From an uncultured Chloroflexia bacterium (GTDB taxonomy: Bacteria > Chloroflexota > Chloroflexia > QHBQ01 > JADMIH01): a stretch of DNA of 64,000 bases. Positions 38,040-47,870 of the stretch are shown one piece after another. The notes under the pieces are model-generated. The model was given only the letters and a program-made list of their open reading frames with translations. It did no database searches and was not told where the DNA came from. How positions within the stretch are numbered: the first letter of the stretch is position 1; every line of letters starts with the position of its first letter. The stretch is from the NCBI GenBank assembly GCA_963797095.1, contig CAWCNY010000002.1:224001-288000 (forward strand), read 5' to 3'. Both the position numbers and the translations under genes were made by a program.

Positions 38040-41000
38040 ATGTCCAAACGTGTTTTCTATTCGTTGGCGATCAGCATAATGCTTCCGTTGGCGCTTGCTA
38101 TGCTGGTCTGGGCCTTCGCTAACAGCAGCCAGAGCAAACCTCCCGGCAGCATGGAGGCAGGGGTCAAGCCGAACATGCCGCTTGGCACCTGGGGCGACGT
38201 GGTATCCTTCCCAACTGTCGATCTTGGGTTCCACGGCTCCGAACCTACTACAGGCCCTTTGATGCTGAAACGCGCTGTGGCGGTTGGATACCCCTCCAAT
38301 GGCAAGGTCTACATCCTGGGCGGCAAACACCGCCCAGACGGAGCCGATATTGGCGTTCGCTGGATATGGGAATATAACCCTTCCAATAATACGCTTACTC
38401 AGAAGAACGCAATGCTTGACGTAGATCAAAACGGCAGCAGGTACACCGCTAACATGGCCGTGGGCGTGCTGACCGACACAAACGGCTCGCGCATCTACAT
38501 CGTAGGAGGCTCCACAATCAATGGCAACGTAACCGGCGCTGTGAGAGTGTACGATCCCAACACCGACACTCTCACATCTTCGGACACCTGGCCCGCCGAT
38601 CCGCCCCGCGTGCCGGGGGGATACGCCGTATACGACAACAAACTCTACATCTTCGGCGGGCATCAGATCGAACCTACCAGCCAGCTTTTCAACGATACCT
38701 GGGTGTTCGACCCGACTATGCCTCAAGGCCAGCGTTGGGCGCAGCTCACCGGCGCTGGCCTGGCTGTGCCTCGCGCGTATATCGGGGGTGCGGAGCTTGA
38801 TGGCTATATCTACGCCATTGGCGGAGACCAGGTGATCAGCAACACCGCCACCCCTCTCTCCATCGTGGAGCGGATGGACCCCGGCCAGCCCAGCCCCAGC
38901 TGGCAGCAAGTGGCGAGCCTGCCCTGGCCCAAAGGTGATATAGGCGCCTGGGCCTACGACACAGGCTCTCCCTACGAGATCGCGGGTAAGATCGTGATCG
39001 CGGGTGGTGGCTATCCGGTGCCCGACACAAGCGCACTTATATACAACCCCGGTACAAACTCCTGGGCCACCTTCCCCAGTATGCTTCGTCCTAGGCGCAA
39101 CTACGCCGCCGCCCAGTTGAATGGTATGCTTTATGCCTGGGGTGGCTATGACGTGCATGGCAATCTATATAACGGCTCTAATTCGAGCATGGCCTACAAT
39201 GCGTCGGGGCCACCTCCACCCCCAGGCATTACTCCTTCGGCCACTCCCACGCCCGAACCCATTAGCTGCATGGCCACCGCCAACTATACCTATACGGTGT
39301 CTACCGGGGTGGGTATGGACCCTGGCACTACGCTCATCCCCGGCACAACTTGCCAGACCTGCCTGGTCAACATACCTTTGCCTTTCCCTGTGGAGCTTTA
39401 CGGGCGCACTTTCAACACCGCTGAGATAGGTTCGACCGGCAATATGCAATTCGATAGCGACAATTCGTTCTGGATCAACAGGCCGCTCCCATGGAACGGG
39501 CTTAGCTACTCGCTCTTCCCGTTCTGGGATGATCTGAACCTGTTGGGCAGTGGGCATGGTATCTACACCTCCACTGTCGGTGCCTCCCCTAACCGCATAT
39601 TCAATGTGGAGTGGAGAGGCGCGACCAACGATTTTGAAGTGCGCCTATTCGAGAATGCCACCAATTTTGAGTTCATCTATGGCTCAGGCACGGGCGGCAG
39701 CGGCACAATAGGCGTGCAGAAGGACATGACCTACTACACTCAGGTGGGCTATAACGTCACGCAACCCGCATCGGGCACCAGATATAACTGGACCTCTGAG
39801 CCATGTGGCACTCCAACATCCACGGTTACAGGCACTCCACCCACAAGCACGCGCACACCTACGATCACCAACACCCCAACCGCGACCCCCACTTCCATTT
39901 TTGGAACCTACACCTTCTGTGCCACCACAGGCGCAACCATAGTGCTGGGCGCAACAGATATAGGAAATCACTGCGATGATTGCCTGACCACCACCGCCCT
40001 ACCATTCCCGTTCCAGGTCTACGATCAGTCATTTACCTCGGTTCAGGTAAGTTCCAACGGTCAGCTAGACTTCGGCTTGGGCGATTCTGGCTTCCTCAAT
40101 AGCTGTCTCCCCGACGTTAACCCCACTTATGCTATTTTTGCCTACTGGGACGACCTGCTGACCAACGGCGCTGGCGATGGCGTTTTCACCTCGATAACAG
40201 GCTCGGCACCCAACCGTATCTTCAACATTGAGTGGCGTGCTCACTACTTCAGTGGAGGAGGGGTAGTCAACTTCGAGGTGAGGCTATACGAAGGCTCGAT
40301 GCGTGGCGACATTATCTATGGCCAGGTGGACGATCAAGGTATGAGTGCCACGGTCGGAATACAGAGAACCAACGATAGCAGCAACTTCACCGAATACGAA
40401 TGCAACTCCGGAGGTATCACCGGCGGGTTGATGCTTACATTCGGCGCGCCATGTGGCACCGTCACGCCCACGCCCGCTGCACCCACAAATACTTCAACAC
40501 CTTTACCACCTACATCTACATCTACATCTACATCTACATCTACATCTACATCTACATCTACATCTACTTCCACCTCGATCTCCACGAGCACCAGCACCAG
40601 CACCAGCACCAGCACCAGCACCAGCACCAGCGTGCCCCCAACATCAACATTTACTCAAGTACCTACCAGCACATCTACATCGTCACCTGTACCTACCACT
40701 ACCGGGCCTCCCTCTACCGACACCGCTACGACTACTGCCACTGATACACCTGTCTCCACAGATACACCTCTGCCTCTGCCAACTGATACGGCACTCCCTA
40801 CGTCTACGAATACTTCTGTGCCAGCACCCACAGATACCTCCCTGCCTGTACCCACTGACACCTCTCTACCCGTGCCTACAGATACCACTGTAGCCATCCC
40901 CACCGAAACCCCCACCGTCTGCACGATCAACTTCACCGATGTATCCCCAGGCTCTACCTTCTATGACTACATCACCTGCATGGCATGTAGGGGCATCATC

Positions 41001-41534
41001 AACGGCTACACCAGTGGCTGTGAAAGCGGCAACCCATGCTTCCGCCCTGACAATAACGTCACAAGAGGACAACTTGCCAAGATAGTGTCCAATTCAGCAG
41101 GCTGGAGCGATATCATCCCACCTACCCAACAGTCCTTCCAGGATGTCCTGCCCGCCGGTACCTTCTGGGAGTTCATAGAGCGTATGGTATCGCATGGCGC
41201 GATCCAGGGCTATCCGTGCGGCGGGCCGGGCGAGCCGTGCGGTTCCGGTAGCCTGCCCTATTTCCGACCTGATAACCCTGCCACCCGTGGACAGATAAGC
41301 AAAGTCGTCGTGATCTCGGCGGAGATGCCGGTTGACACCACCGGAGGCCCGCACTTCACCGATGTGGCCGATGGCTCTACCTTCTACGACTACATAGAGA
41401 CACTCTACACCGCGGGCGCGATCCAGGGCTACCCGGATAACACCTTCCGTCCAAACAATCTCGCCACCAGGGGTCAGATTTCCAAGATCGTATCCAACGT
41501 CTTCTACCCGGAGTGTAACCCGACCAGGCGCTAG
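38040..41534 (+). CDS. Kelch-repeat / 2x NIDO-like / Ser-Thr-rich / SLH surface protein
   Basis: Same architecture as 30482-33994. Confidence 0.88.
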   Translation: MSKRVFYSLAISIMLPLALAMLVWAFANSSQSKPPGSMEAGVKPNMPLGTWGDVVSFPTVDLGFHGSEPTTGPLMLKRAVAVGYPSNGKVYILGGKHRPDGADIGVRWIWEYNPSNNTLTQKNAMLDVDQNGSRYTANMAVGVLTDTNGSRIYIVGGSTINGNVTGAVRVYDPNTDTLTSSDTWPADPPRVPGGYAVYDNKLYIFGGHQIEPTSQLFNDTWVFDPTMPQGQRWAQLTGAGLAVPRAYIGGAELDGYIYAIGGDQVISNTATPLSIVERMDPGQPSPSWQQVASLPWPKGDIGAWAYDTGSPYEIAGKIVIAGGGYPVPDTSALIYNPGTNSWATFPSMLRPRRNYAAAQLNGMLYAWGGYDVHGNLYNGSNSSMAYNASGPPPPPGITPSATPTPEPISCMATANYTYTVSTGVGMDPGTTLIPGTTCQTCLVNIPLPFPVELYGRTFNTAEIGSTGNMQFDSDNSFWINRPLPWNGLSYSLFPFWDDLNLLGSGHGIYTSTVGASPNRIFNVEWRGATNDFEVRLFENATNFEFIYGSGTGGSGTIGVQKDMTYYTQVGYNVTQPASGTRYNWTSEPCGTPTSTVTGTPPTSTRTPTITNTPTATPTSIFGTYTFCATTGATIVLGATDIGNHCDDCLTTTALPFPFQVYDQSFTSVQVSSNGQLDFGLGDSGFLNSCLPDVNPTYAIFAYWDDLLTNGAGDGVFTSITGSAPNRIFNIEWRAHYFSGGGVVNFEVRLYEGSMRGDIIYGQVDDQGMSATVGIQRTNDSSNFTEYECNSGGITGGLMLTFGAPCGTVTPTPAAPTNTSTPLPPTSTSTSTSTSTSTSTSTSTSTSISTSTSTSTSTSTSTSTSVPPTSTFTQVPTSTSTSSPVPTTTGPPSTDTATTTATDTPVSTDTPLPLPTDTALPTSTNTSVPAPTDTSLPVPTDTSLPVPTDTTVAIPTETPTVCTINFTDVSPGSTFYDYITCMACRGIINGYTSGCESGNPCFRPDNNVTRGQLAKIVSNSAGWSDIIPPTQQSFQDVLPAGTFWEFIERMVSHGAIQGYPCGGPGEPCGSGSLPYFRPDNPATRGQISKVVVISAEMPVDTTGGPHFTDVADGSTFYDYIETLYTAGAIQGYPDNTFRPNNLATRGQISKIVSNVFYPECNPTRR
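40512..40631 (+). repeat. Coding hexamer repeats (ACATCT)x9 and (AGCACC)x7 encoding poly-(ST)
   Basis: Exact tandem hexamers in the linker. Confidence 0.9.
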
Positions 41535-41555
41535 ATCGCTTGTCCGAAGTAAAAA

Positions 41556-41591
41556 CATCAAACTGGGCTGCGTCGCAGCCCAGTTTGATGT
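41556..41591. terminator. Bidirectional terminator
   Basis: ACATCAAACTGGGCTGCG..CGCAGCCCAGTTTGATGT between convergent genes. Confidence 0.8.
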
Positions 41592-41604
41592 AATCAATTA
41601 GCCA

Positions 41605-42207
41605 TTACCCAAATACCTGCTCAACCAGCTCTTGAAATTCCGCGCAAAAAGGTACCGCCTGCTGTCCAGGCGGCACATACTCGCATAGGCTTTCTACCAG
41701 GGCGCGGTAATACCACTCCTGTTCCTTGCGCCCTCTCTTGAATACTCCCCAGATTGCATCTCCCATCCTGGCGTACCCATCGGCTATCGTTCTGAGATTG
41801 TGTAACTTATCGGCACAGGACACCACGCGCACCTCATATGGTGCTGTTCGTAAATAGCGTACCGTGTGCTCTTTGCGCTCCTCCCACGACGCCGCTTTAT
41901 CAGGCTCCGAGCACCCCTGCACGATATCTGCCACCCTCTCCCCGAACACCTCTCTTATCTCACCCAGCGTCACATAGGTGTCCTCTACAGTATCGTGCAG
42001 AATACCTGCTGCCACCACCTCAGCCTCGAACCCGGCGTGCGCCAGCATAATCCCCACAGAGTAGGGGTGCACGATATACGGTATGTCGGTTCCTTTGCGC
42101 AACTGCCTGCGATGCGCCAGCGTCGCTACCTCGATGGCTCGGTCTGCTAAATCCACTTGCGCCACCTGAAGAACGCCAGCATACTGAGCGCCACCAGTAT
42201 CATGCAA
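41605..42207 (-). CDS. HD-domain protein, Mesh1 / small alarmone hydrolase-like
   Basis: AH..Q.RK..PYIVHP, LHDTVED, ADKLHN; true start is probably a GTG at 42156 or 42165. Confidence 0.8.
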   Translation of the reverse strand: MHDTGGAQYAGVLQVAQVDLADRAIEVATLAHRRQLRKGTDIPYIVHPYSVGIMLAHAGFEAEVVAAGILHDTVEDTYVTLGEIREVFGERVADIVQGCSEPDKAASWEERKEHTVRYLRTAPYEVRVVSCADKLHNLRTIADGYARMGDAIWGVFKRGRKEQEWYYRALVESLCEYVPPGQQAVPFCAEFQELVEQVFG

Positions 42208-43277
42208 CCCACCACGATCTCGAATGCGAATGGGTGATCTTCGGCAGGCAGGTTGATGTTCATGCCATAGATGCCGGTGATCAGGGTGAGCGGTAGGAGG
42301 ATCACCGAGATGATTGTCAGCACCTTGATGATGTCGTTGATCCGGTTGTTGGTTAGCGATGTGATCGTGTCGCTCAATCCCTCGATAACCTCTTTATAGT
42401 CCTCCAACGTATCCCATATCTTGCTCAGGTGGTCGGCTATATCTCCAAAATAGTCCTCGGTGTCCTCGTTCAGGTAGGGCCTGTTCTTGCGCTCCAGGCT
42501 CCCGATCACCGGGATCAGCGGCTTGATGATACGCCGGAAGGCGATTATGTCCCGCCGAATGATCGATATCTCCAGCACAGTCTGGCGCACCTTCTCCTCG
42601 AAGATATCGTCCTCTACTTGCTCGATATTCAGGTCTATTTTGTTCAAAATGGGGAAGCAATAGTCCACCAGCCTATCGACGATACTATAAAGCAAATATC
42701 CGGTGGACCTCCCCATCACCTGGTCTCGCACCTCCTGTTCCTCGGCGCACTGCTTGAAGAGCCTGTTCAGAGGCTTGAGGTTGCCCGCGTGCGCTGTAAT
42801 CAAGAAGCTCGCGCCCACGAACATATCTACTTCGCTCGGTGTGGTGATTCGCACAAGCTTGGAGTACACGGGGAAGTGCATGACGATGAAAGCGTAATCG
42901 TCCTCGTCGTCGATCTTGGGGCGCTGTATCTTTGACAGCATATCGTCCATGTGCAATGGGTGGAAGCCATAGGTCTTGCGCAGCCACTCCTTCTCTTCCT
43001 CGCCTGGGTGCATGATATTCACCCAGGTGATTCCATTGTGGGTCACCGTCTGGATATTCAAGGTGCGCGGGCCTGCGGGTACGGGTGCTATTCCCCTTGG
43101 ACGTGTGCGCGCATCCTGTGCGGCAGGCACAGAGACTACAGGCTCGGCCACTTCGTAGGTGGCATTGCCGTCTCTGCCGTTCGATTTTACGGGCGGGCTT
43201 GGTGTGGGGCGTGCGTTCGCCCCGGTGCGTCTCTCTGGCACGGGTCTGCCCCTCCTGGATCTAGCTTCCATAATCAT
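42147..43277 (-). CDS. corA: CorA-family Mg/Co transporter
   Basis: PLTLITGIYGMN signature, QRPKID, two C-terminal TM helices. Confidence 0.92.
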   Translation of the reverse strand: MIMEARSRRGRPVPERRTGANARPTPSPPVKSNGRDGNATYEVAEPVVSVPAAQDARTRPRGIAPVPAGPRTLNIQTVTHNGITWVNIMHPGEEEKEWLRKTYGFHPLHMDDMLSKIQRPKIDDEDDYAFIVMHFPVYSKLVRITTPSEVDMFVGASFLITAHAGNLKPLNRLFKQCAEEQEVRDQVMGRSTGYLLYSIVDRLVDYCFPILNKIDLNIEQVEDDIFEEKVRQTVLEISIIRRDIIAFRRIIKPLIPVIGSLERKNRPYLNEDTEDYFGDIADHLSKIWDTLEDYKEVIEGLSDTITSLTNNRINDIIKVLTIISVILLPLTLITGIYGMNINLPAEDHPFAFEIVVGCMILVALSMLAFFRWRKWI

Positions 43278-43383
43278 TATAAACCACGGAGGGTAGGAAA
43301 AAGGCTGTAACGCGCAGCCAGTCCTTGAGGCAAGCGATTTCTTGCCTCAACAGAAGTGCGGTCCTGTGCGTTTCGAAAGGCGA

Positions 43384-44046
43384 CTACAAAATGCTGAATT
43401 CCAGCGAGCGCATGATCCGCGCGCCCCTTTCCAGTGGAAGGGGCGACAGCGCTCGCCTCAGTTCCTCAGCGTCATACCCTGTCGTGCGCAGGGTATGCAT
43501 GATCCTGTGCATCTTTTCGGTGTCTGCGCGCTGGGCGGCATCGGCGAGAGCATAGGTCAAGGGCACCACTGCTACATCCATATCCTCCCACCTGACTTTG
43601 CGGGCCGCCGCCTTGAGGCACAGCCCTACCGGGTCGGCGTGTACGCTCCGAATATAGGACACCTGCACATTCGTGTTGCCTACGGGCCAGCGGCCAAGCC
43701 AGGTAGCGCGCCCGCCCGCGCTCCAGGCCACTACACGCTGGTGCACGTTAGAGCGCCACAGGTCCGATGGCGCGGTGTTGCCTCCCAGCCTGTATACGAT
43801 TGTGGCGGCTGTATCGGGCGCTTCATATATCTTCATCAATTGCGCGAAATAGGCGGTGGCGAATGGCGAAATCGCCCTGAATTCCAATGTCTCAGGCTCA
43901 ATCGCGCTTACCCCTTGCAAGAAAAGCGCGGCGTCACCCGCCAGTAACCAGGGGACAGGTGTGCGGGTGGTGGGATCGTACACTCTCTTCAGGGTTTGCC
44001 GGAGGGCATCTGCCCAACCACGGCTGGATGGCATGCTCACGTTCAT
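43384..44046 (-). CDS. Hypothetical protein, possibly degenerate nucleotidyltransferase fold
   Basis: W.LAGDAALFLQGV..P..LEF resembles the NTase G-S..A..LQG..DxD region but lacks the catalytic Asp pair. Confidence 0.55.
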   Translation of the reverse strand: MNVSMPSSRGWADALRQTLKRVYDPTTRTPVPWLLAGDAALFLQGVSAIEPETLEFRAISPFATAYFAQLMKIYEAPDTAATIVYRLGGNTAPSDLWRSNVHQRVVAWSAGGRATWLGRWPVGNTNVQVSYIRSVHADPVGLCLKAAARKVRWEDMDVAVVPLTYALADAAQRADTEKMHRIMHTLRTTGYDAEELRRALSPLPLERGARIMRSLEFSIL

Positions 44047-44157
44047 AGCTCTAACACCTCACAATCTATCTCTAAAATGACTCTAACACTCTCTACATTG
44101 TTGGCCGGTTCTTGGGCGTCATTATTTCTATGTCCGGCCCGCAAATGAACATTCCGG

Positions 44158-45414
44158 CTATTCGCCTATCCACGCCCTGCGCAATGGCACAGGCTCTTCC
44201 TGCGCTCGCTCCCTCTGGCGGGGCATAGCCCCCGCGGATGCGGTTACATGCCTCTCTTCGTCTTCCACTTCCTCCACGCTGCCAGGCGCGATGCTTGTCC
44301 AACTGGTGATCAACTTGACGCCTTTTTCAACCTCGGCGCTTGAAATATGGGCAGCCTGGAACCGGATCAACTCTGTGTTGAGCGAGATCAGGAAATCGCC
44401 CTGCCCAAGCAGGCTTTGCGCGCCCGACCCCTTCATCCCGGTAGCCATGCGGGCAGACTCTGCGCTTGCCACCGGGCCGGTGATCCGTGCGCCCCATTCC
44501 GCGTTCAACCCCAGGTCGAACCGCTCCGATGCCACGACTATATAGATGCCCGCCTTGTCTCCTGCCTCCAAGAGTCGGGCCAGGGCGTTTATCACCTCTG
44601 AGTTGGCCTCCATCCGCTGATTCGCTCCCCACAGCAACGCATCGATCCCATCCACCAGGATGACCAACTCAGGTTCGTCCGTTTCCGCTACGTTCGTGCC
44701 TGCGCGCCTGCGCGCCTGCTGCGTCTCCTCGTCAAAGAAAAGTTCGTCGCTATCATCGTCGTCTATCCTGGCCGCATCTCGACGGGCAAGCGTCCTCAAC
44801 GCCCATCTCAAGCTCACCAGCGACTCGATAGGCCCGTTCGCTATCGGGCAGGCAAGGTGCGGCAGCAACTCCATGCCACGGAAAGCCACCCTGTCGCCGC
44901 TGGCGTCCATCAGCAGCAACCTCAACTTGTCGGGCGAGTTGTGGAGCGCCAGCGACATCGCCATAGCGCGCAATAGCCTGCTCTTGCCGGCCCCATGCTC
45001 GCCGCTGATCAGCACAGGGTTCACATCGGGTGCGTTGAGCCTCAACAGCAGGGGAGTGCCCGTACCCTCGTTGTCCATCCCCAGCGTGGCGGTACTAGGG
45101 GGCACCACGTCTGCCACTCGCTGGATTAGGGGAAGCAACCGCACAGGGATCGGGTCGGGGCGCGGCACTTCGAGATACACCCCGGTCTCATCTCCGTCTA
45201 CCGCCAGCCTGCACGCCACTACCCCCAACGCCTCGGCCATCTCCTCCACAAGCGGCGACAGTATGGATGCTCGCACGCCCGTCGGCAGCACAATATGGAA
45301 GTGTGCCAGCCTGGGCGAAAGCCTCCCACCGTCCACGTTTGCGCGCAATCCGTGTGTGTGCATTACGTATTCGATGGTTGTTGCTTGCTTATCTAGAATG
45401 TCTCTCAGTGCCAT
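44158..45414 (-). CDS. FtsK/SpoIIIE-like ATPase, soluble and truncated
   Basis: Alpha-domain-like LEVPR; Walker A GEHGAGKS; L..SPDKLRLLLMD; LVILVDG; GAQSLLGQGDFL. Confidence 0.8.
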   Translation of the reverse strand: MALRDILDKQATTIEYVMHTHGLRANVDGGRLSPRLAHFHIVLPTGVRASILSPLVEEMAEALGVVACRLAVDGDETGVYLEVPRPDPIPVRLLPLIQRVADVVPPSTATLGMDNEGTGTPLLLRLNAPDVNPVLISGEHGAGKSRLLRAMAMSLALHNSPDKLRLLLMDASGDRVAFRGMELLPHLACPIANGPIESLVSLRWALRTLARRDAARIDDDDSDELFFDEETQQARRRAGTNVAETDEPELVILVDGIDALLWGANQRMEANSEVINALARLLEAGDKAGIYIVVASERFDLGLNAEWGARITGPVASAESARMATGMKGSGAQSLLGQGDFLISLNTELIRFQAAHISSAEVEKGVKLITSWTSIAPGSVEEVEDEERHVTASAGAMPRQRERAQEEPVPLRRAWIGE

Positions 45415-45468
45415 TCTTTTAACCTCAGTTTGTTTTTGGTAGTCGGTAGACGGTAGCCGATAGTCGGA

Positions 45469-45978
45469 TCAGGGTTCCTGGTTCCTTGTTATTGGTTGGT
45501 GGTTGGTTTTCAGCCAGGTCCTGATCGTTTCTATGTGCTCCGGATAGTGCCTGAACGTGCATCCTGCGATTATCTTCCAGGGAACCCAGTCCTCCGGCAT
45601 GTTGGTATAGCGGCCCGGGTCGTTCAGGTCCGCGTCTTCGATTTTTTCTACTTCCTGGAAGAGGGTATCGCGCACCTCGCCAGCCTCGGCAAGCACCCTG
45701 TCCAGGGGCAAATCTCGATCTCGCTCGAAAAGCACCCTGTTTCGTTGGTCGTTGCTCATCAGCCAGAGGTCCTCGGAGCCTGTGTTAAAATCGCGTGCTC
45801 TCAGCATCTTGACCATTTCAAGCTCGTTCCAGGTGTTGTGTGTGATTACGTCCTTCACGGTCCACTCGCCGCCATCTACCCCAGGCTCGGTCATCCATTC
45901 TTGCGGTATCCCTGCAAGCAAGTCATCCCATTCGGCCCGCCGTTTGTATAACGCTTCTAGAAACTCTGCTCTGTTCAT
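45469..45978 (-). CDS. DinB/ClbS-DfsB-like four-helix-bundle protein
   Basis: WTVKDVITH..W..E and HYPEH motifs. Confidence 0.8.
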   Translation of the reverse strand: MNRAEFLEALYKRRAEWDDLLAGIPQEWMTEPGVDGGEWTVKDVITHNTWNELEMVKMLRARDFNTGSEDLWLMSNDQRNRVLFERDRDLPLDRVLAEAGEVRDTLFQEVEKIEDADLNDPGRYTNMPEDWVPWKIIAGCTFRHYPEHIETIRTWLKTNHQPITRNQEP

Positions 45979-46041
45979 GGTTTGCCTTGTCGGACGAGTG
46001 ACGAGTGATGAGTCAATACGCAGTACGCAGTAGGTCACGTT

Positions 46042-46845
46042 TCACCCTTTCAGCACTACTGTTACTACTCCTTGAATTCTTACCGGGTCGCGGTTGCTTT
46101 CGTGTTTGCCTGCGAAGAGGCGGATCGGATCGGTTGAGGCTGTGGCCGACTGCAAGAACACATGGTCTTGGCGCTTATAGTAGCGCTTGAGGGTGGCGAG
46201 ACCTTCCGTGCCGCCCGCTTCGCCTTCGATATAGTTGGCGATCACGAAATCGCCGTCGTCGGCCCAATCCTGCGGCCTCACCACGACTATATCGCCCGGC
46301 TCGATCCCTACATGGGTCATTGAGGTGCCTCGCACTCGCAGGGCGTATGCACCGCCCCTGGCAAGCGCCTTATCGACGGCCACTCCCCGGTCGAGGCAAT
46401 CGTAATCCTGGAAGGCTACCGTCACATCGTACTGGCCTGCCGCGATCTCTCCGATAACGGGGAGGCGTGCCGCGCTGGACGCGCCCTTCGTCGCGCCCGC
46501 GCGCTCAAGCGTGGTGACATACACGCTGCTATTGTGCCTGTTGCGGCCCCGGTCTATCGTTTGGGCCTCAGTGGCGGCGCGCTTGCGCTCTCTGCCTAGC
46601 ACCCGATACGCCTTGACGTCGGTCTTTAACGCCTGGAGGGCGACCCGCCCCGGCTCCTGCCTAATAAAACGCGCCCACGCCGGGTCAGGCCCCGGCTGCG
46701 GCCCGACCACTACATTCCTTTGAGAAGACCCCTGCTCCGAAAAACGTATGACCATTTGCAGATCCTCCTGTAGTTCGACTTGCGTATTGCGTATCACCCC
46801 ACCTAGCGTGTCGTCTCTCGTCTCGGTCCTCTCAAGCTCTAACAT
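46042..46845 (-). CDS. LexA/UmuD-like S24 peptidase with atypical N-terminus
   Basis: LPVIGEIAAG cleavage site, VRGTSM (Ser), ATLKRY (Lys). Confidence 0.8.
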   Translation of the reverse strand: MLELERTETRDDTLGGVIRNTQVELQEDLQMVIRFSEQGSSQRNVVVGPQPGPDPAWARFIRQEPGRVALQALKTDVKAYRVLGRERKRAATEAQTIDRGRNRHNSSVYVTTLERAGATKGASSAARLPVIGEIAAGQYDVTVAFQDYDCLDRGVAVDKALARGGAYALRVRGTSMTHVGIEPGDIVVVRPQDWADDGDFVIANYIEGEAGGTEGLATLKRYYKRQDHVFLQSATASTDPIRLFAGKHESNRDPVRIQGVVTVVLKG

Positions 46846-47046
46846 CTACAGATAATCTCATTTTGAAACAGCAATACTTTGAATGAACCTTGAAACTCTA
46901 TTTTATGGTGCTGCGGGCACACGCATGGATGGCGAACCGGCCATGGAGTGTTCCAGGGCCGGAGCGCTCGTATGAAACGGGAACGTACCGTAATATAGAA
47001 AGGTGTTGTATTGTGGGCGGCAACCTGCGCCCTCTATGCCGGACTC

Positions 47047-47745
47047 CTAGTCGAGGCGGCGAATGACGCCAATCACGCGGCCCTTGATCTCGATGTTGTC
47101 GGGGGCTGTGTAGATCGGCTGCATGGTGCTGTTGGCCGGTTGGAGCCTCACCCTACCGTCTTCCAGGTAGAAGCGCTTGAGGGTTGCTTCCTGCTCGGCC
47201 TTGAGCCATGCCGCTACTGTCTGCCCGTTCTCGGCGGTCTCCTGCGACTCGATGATCACCATGTCGCCATCGTTGATCAGGGCGTCGATCATCGACTGCC
47301 CCTTGACCCTCAAGGCGTACAGGCGCTCAATGTGGCTGGAATGCCTGCCGAGCAGATCGCCGGTTACCTCAACCTGGTCGTCGGTGGTCGCGCCCATGCG
47401 GATATCCTCCAGCACCGGGATTGGCAAACCGGCGGCGATGGGAGTTGGCGCAACAGGGATCATGTAGGACGGTTGGCGGTTCTTGCTCCGGCCCATGCTG
47501 TCTACCATCTCGATAGCTCGCGACTTATTGCGGTCGCGCCTGATGTACCCAGCCTCTTCCAGCGCCTTCAGGTTGTAGTCGATCACCGATGTGGAGGTGT
47601 TGCCCGACGCGGTTCGCACCAGCCCGGCACGCTCTACCTCGCTCTTGATCTCGCGGATCGACGGCGCATAGCCGTGATCCTGGCTGTACTGCCTTATGAA
47701 AGCGAGGATAAAACGTTGGCGGTCGGATAGTTTCTTTTTTCTCAT
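47047..47745 (-). CDS. lexA: LexA repressor
   Basis: LSDRQ..GYAPSIREI winged helix, IAAG, VKGQSM, ATLKRF, RLQPAN. Confidence 0.95.
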   Translation of the reverse strand: MRKKKLSDRQRFILAFIRQYSQDHGYAPSIREIKSEVERAGLVRTASGNTSTSVIDYNLKALEEAGYIRRDRNKSRAIEMVDSMGRSKNRQPSYMIPVAPTPIAAGLPIPVLEDIRMGATTDDQVEVTGDLLGRHSSHIERLYALRVKGQSMIDALINDGDMVIIESQETAENGQTVAAWLKAEQEATLKRFYLEDGRVRLQPANSTMQPIYTAPDNIEIKGRVIGVIRRLD

Positions 47746-47840
47746 TGCGTTTTCCTTTTTAGGTTCCTCTCTAGTGGCCTATTGGCTCACCATAGCAGCT
47801 AGGCACTTTGCCTGCTTGACCGCCAATATGCCTTAAGGCG

Positions 47841-47870
47841 ACTATATCATAGAACATAGGTTCGTGTCAA
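47841..47870 (-). promoter_or_regulatory. lexA promoter with SOS box
   Basis: Minus strand TTGACA-N18-TATAGT with TGn; GAAC-ATAG-GTTC at 47852-47863 lies in the spacer. Confidence 0.8.

Noticed and set aside
40400-40893. ORFs with poly-(YI), poly-(HL) and poly-(HQ) tracts
   Set aside because: Alternative frames of the Ser/Thr-coding hexamer repeats.
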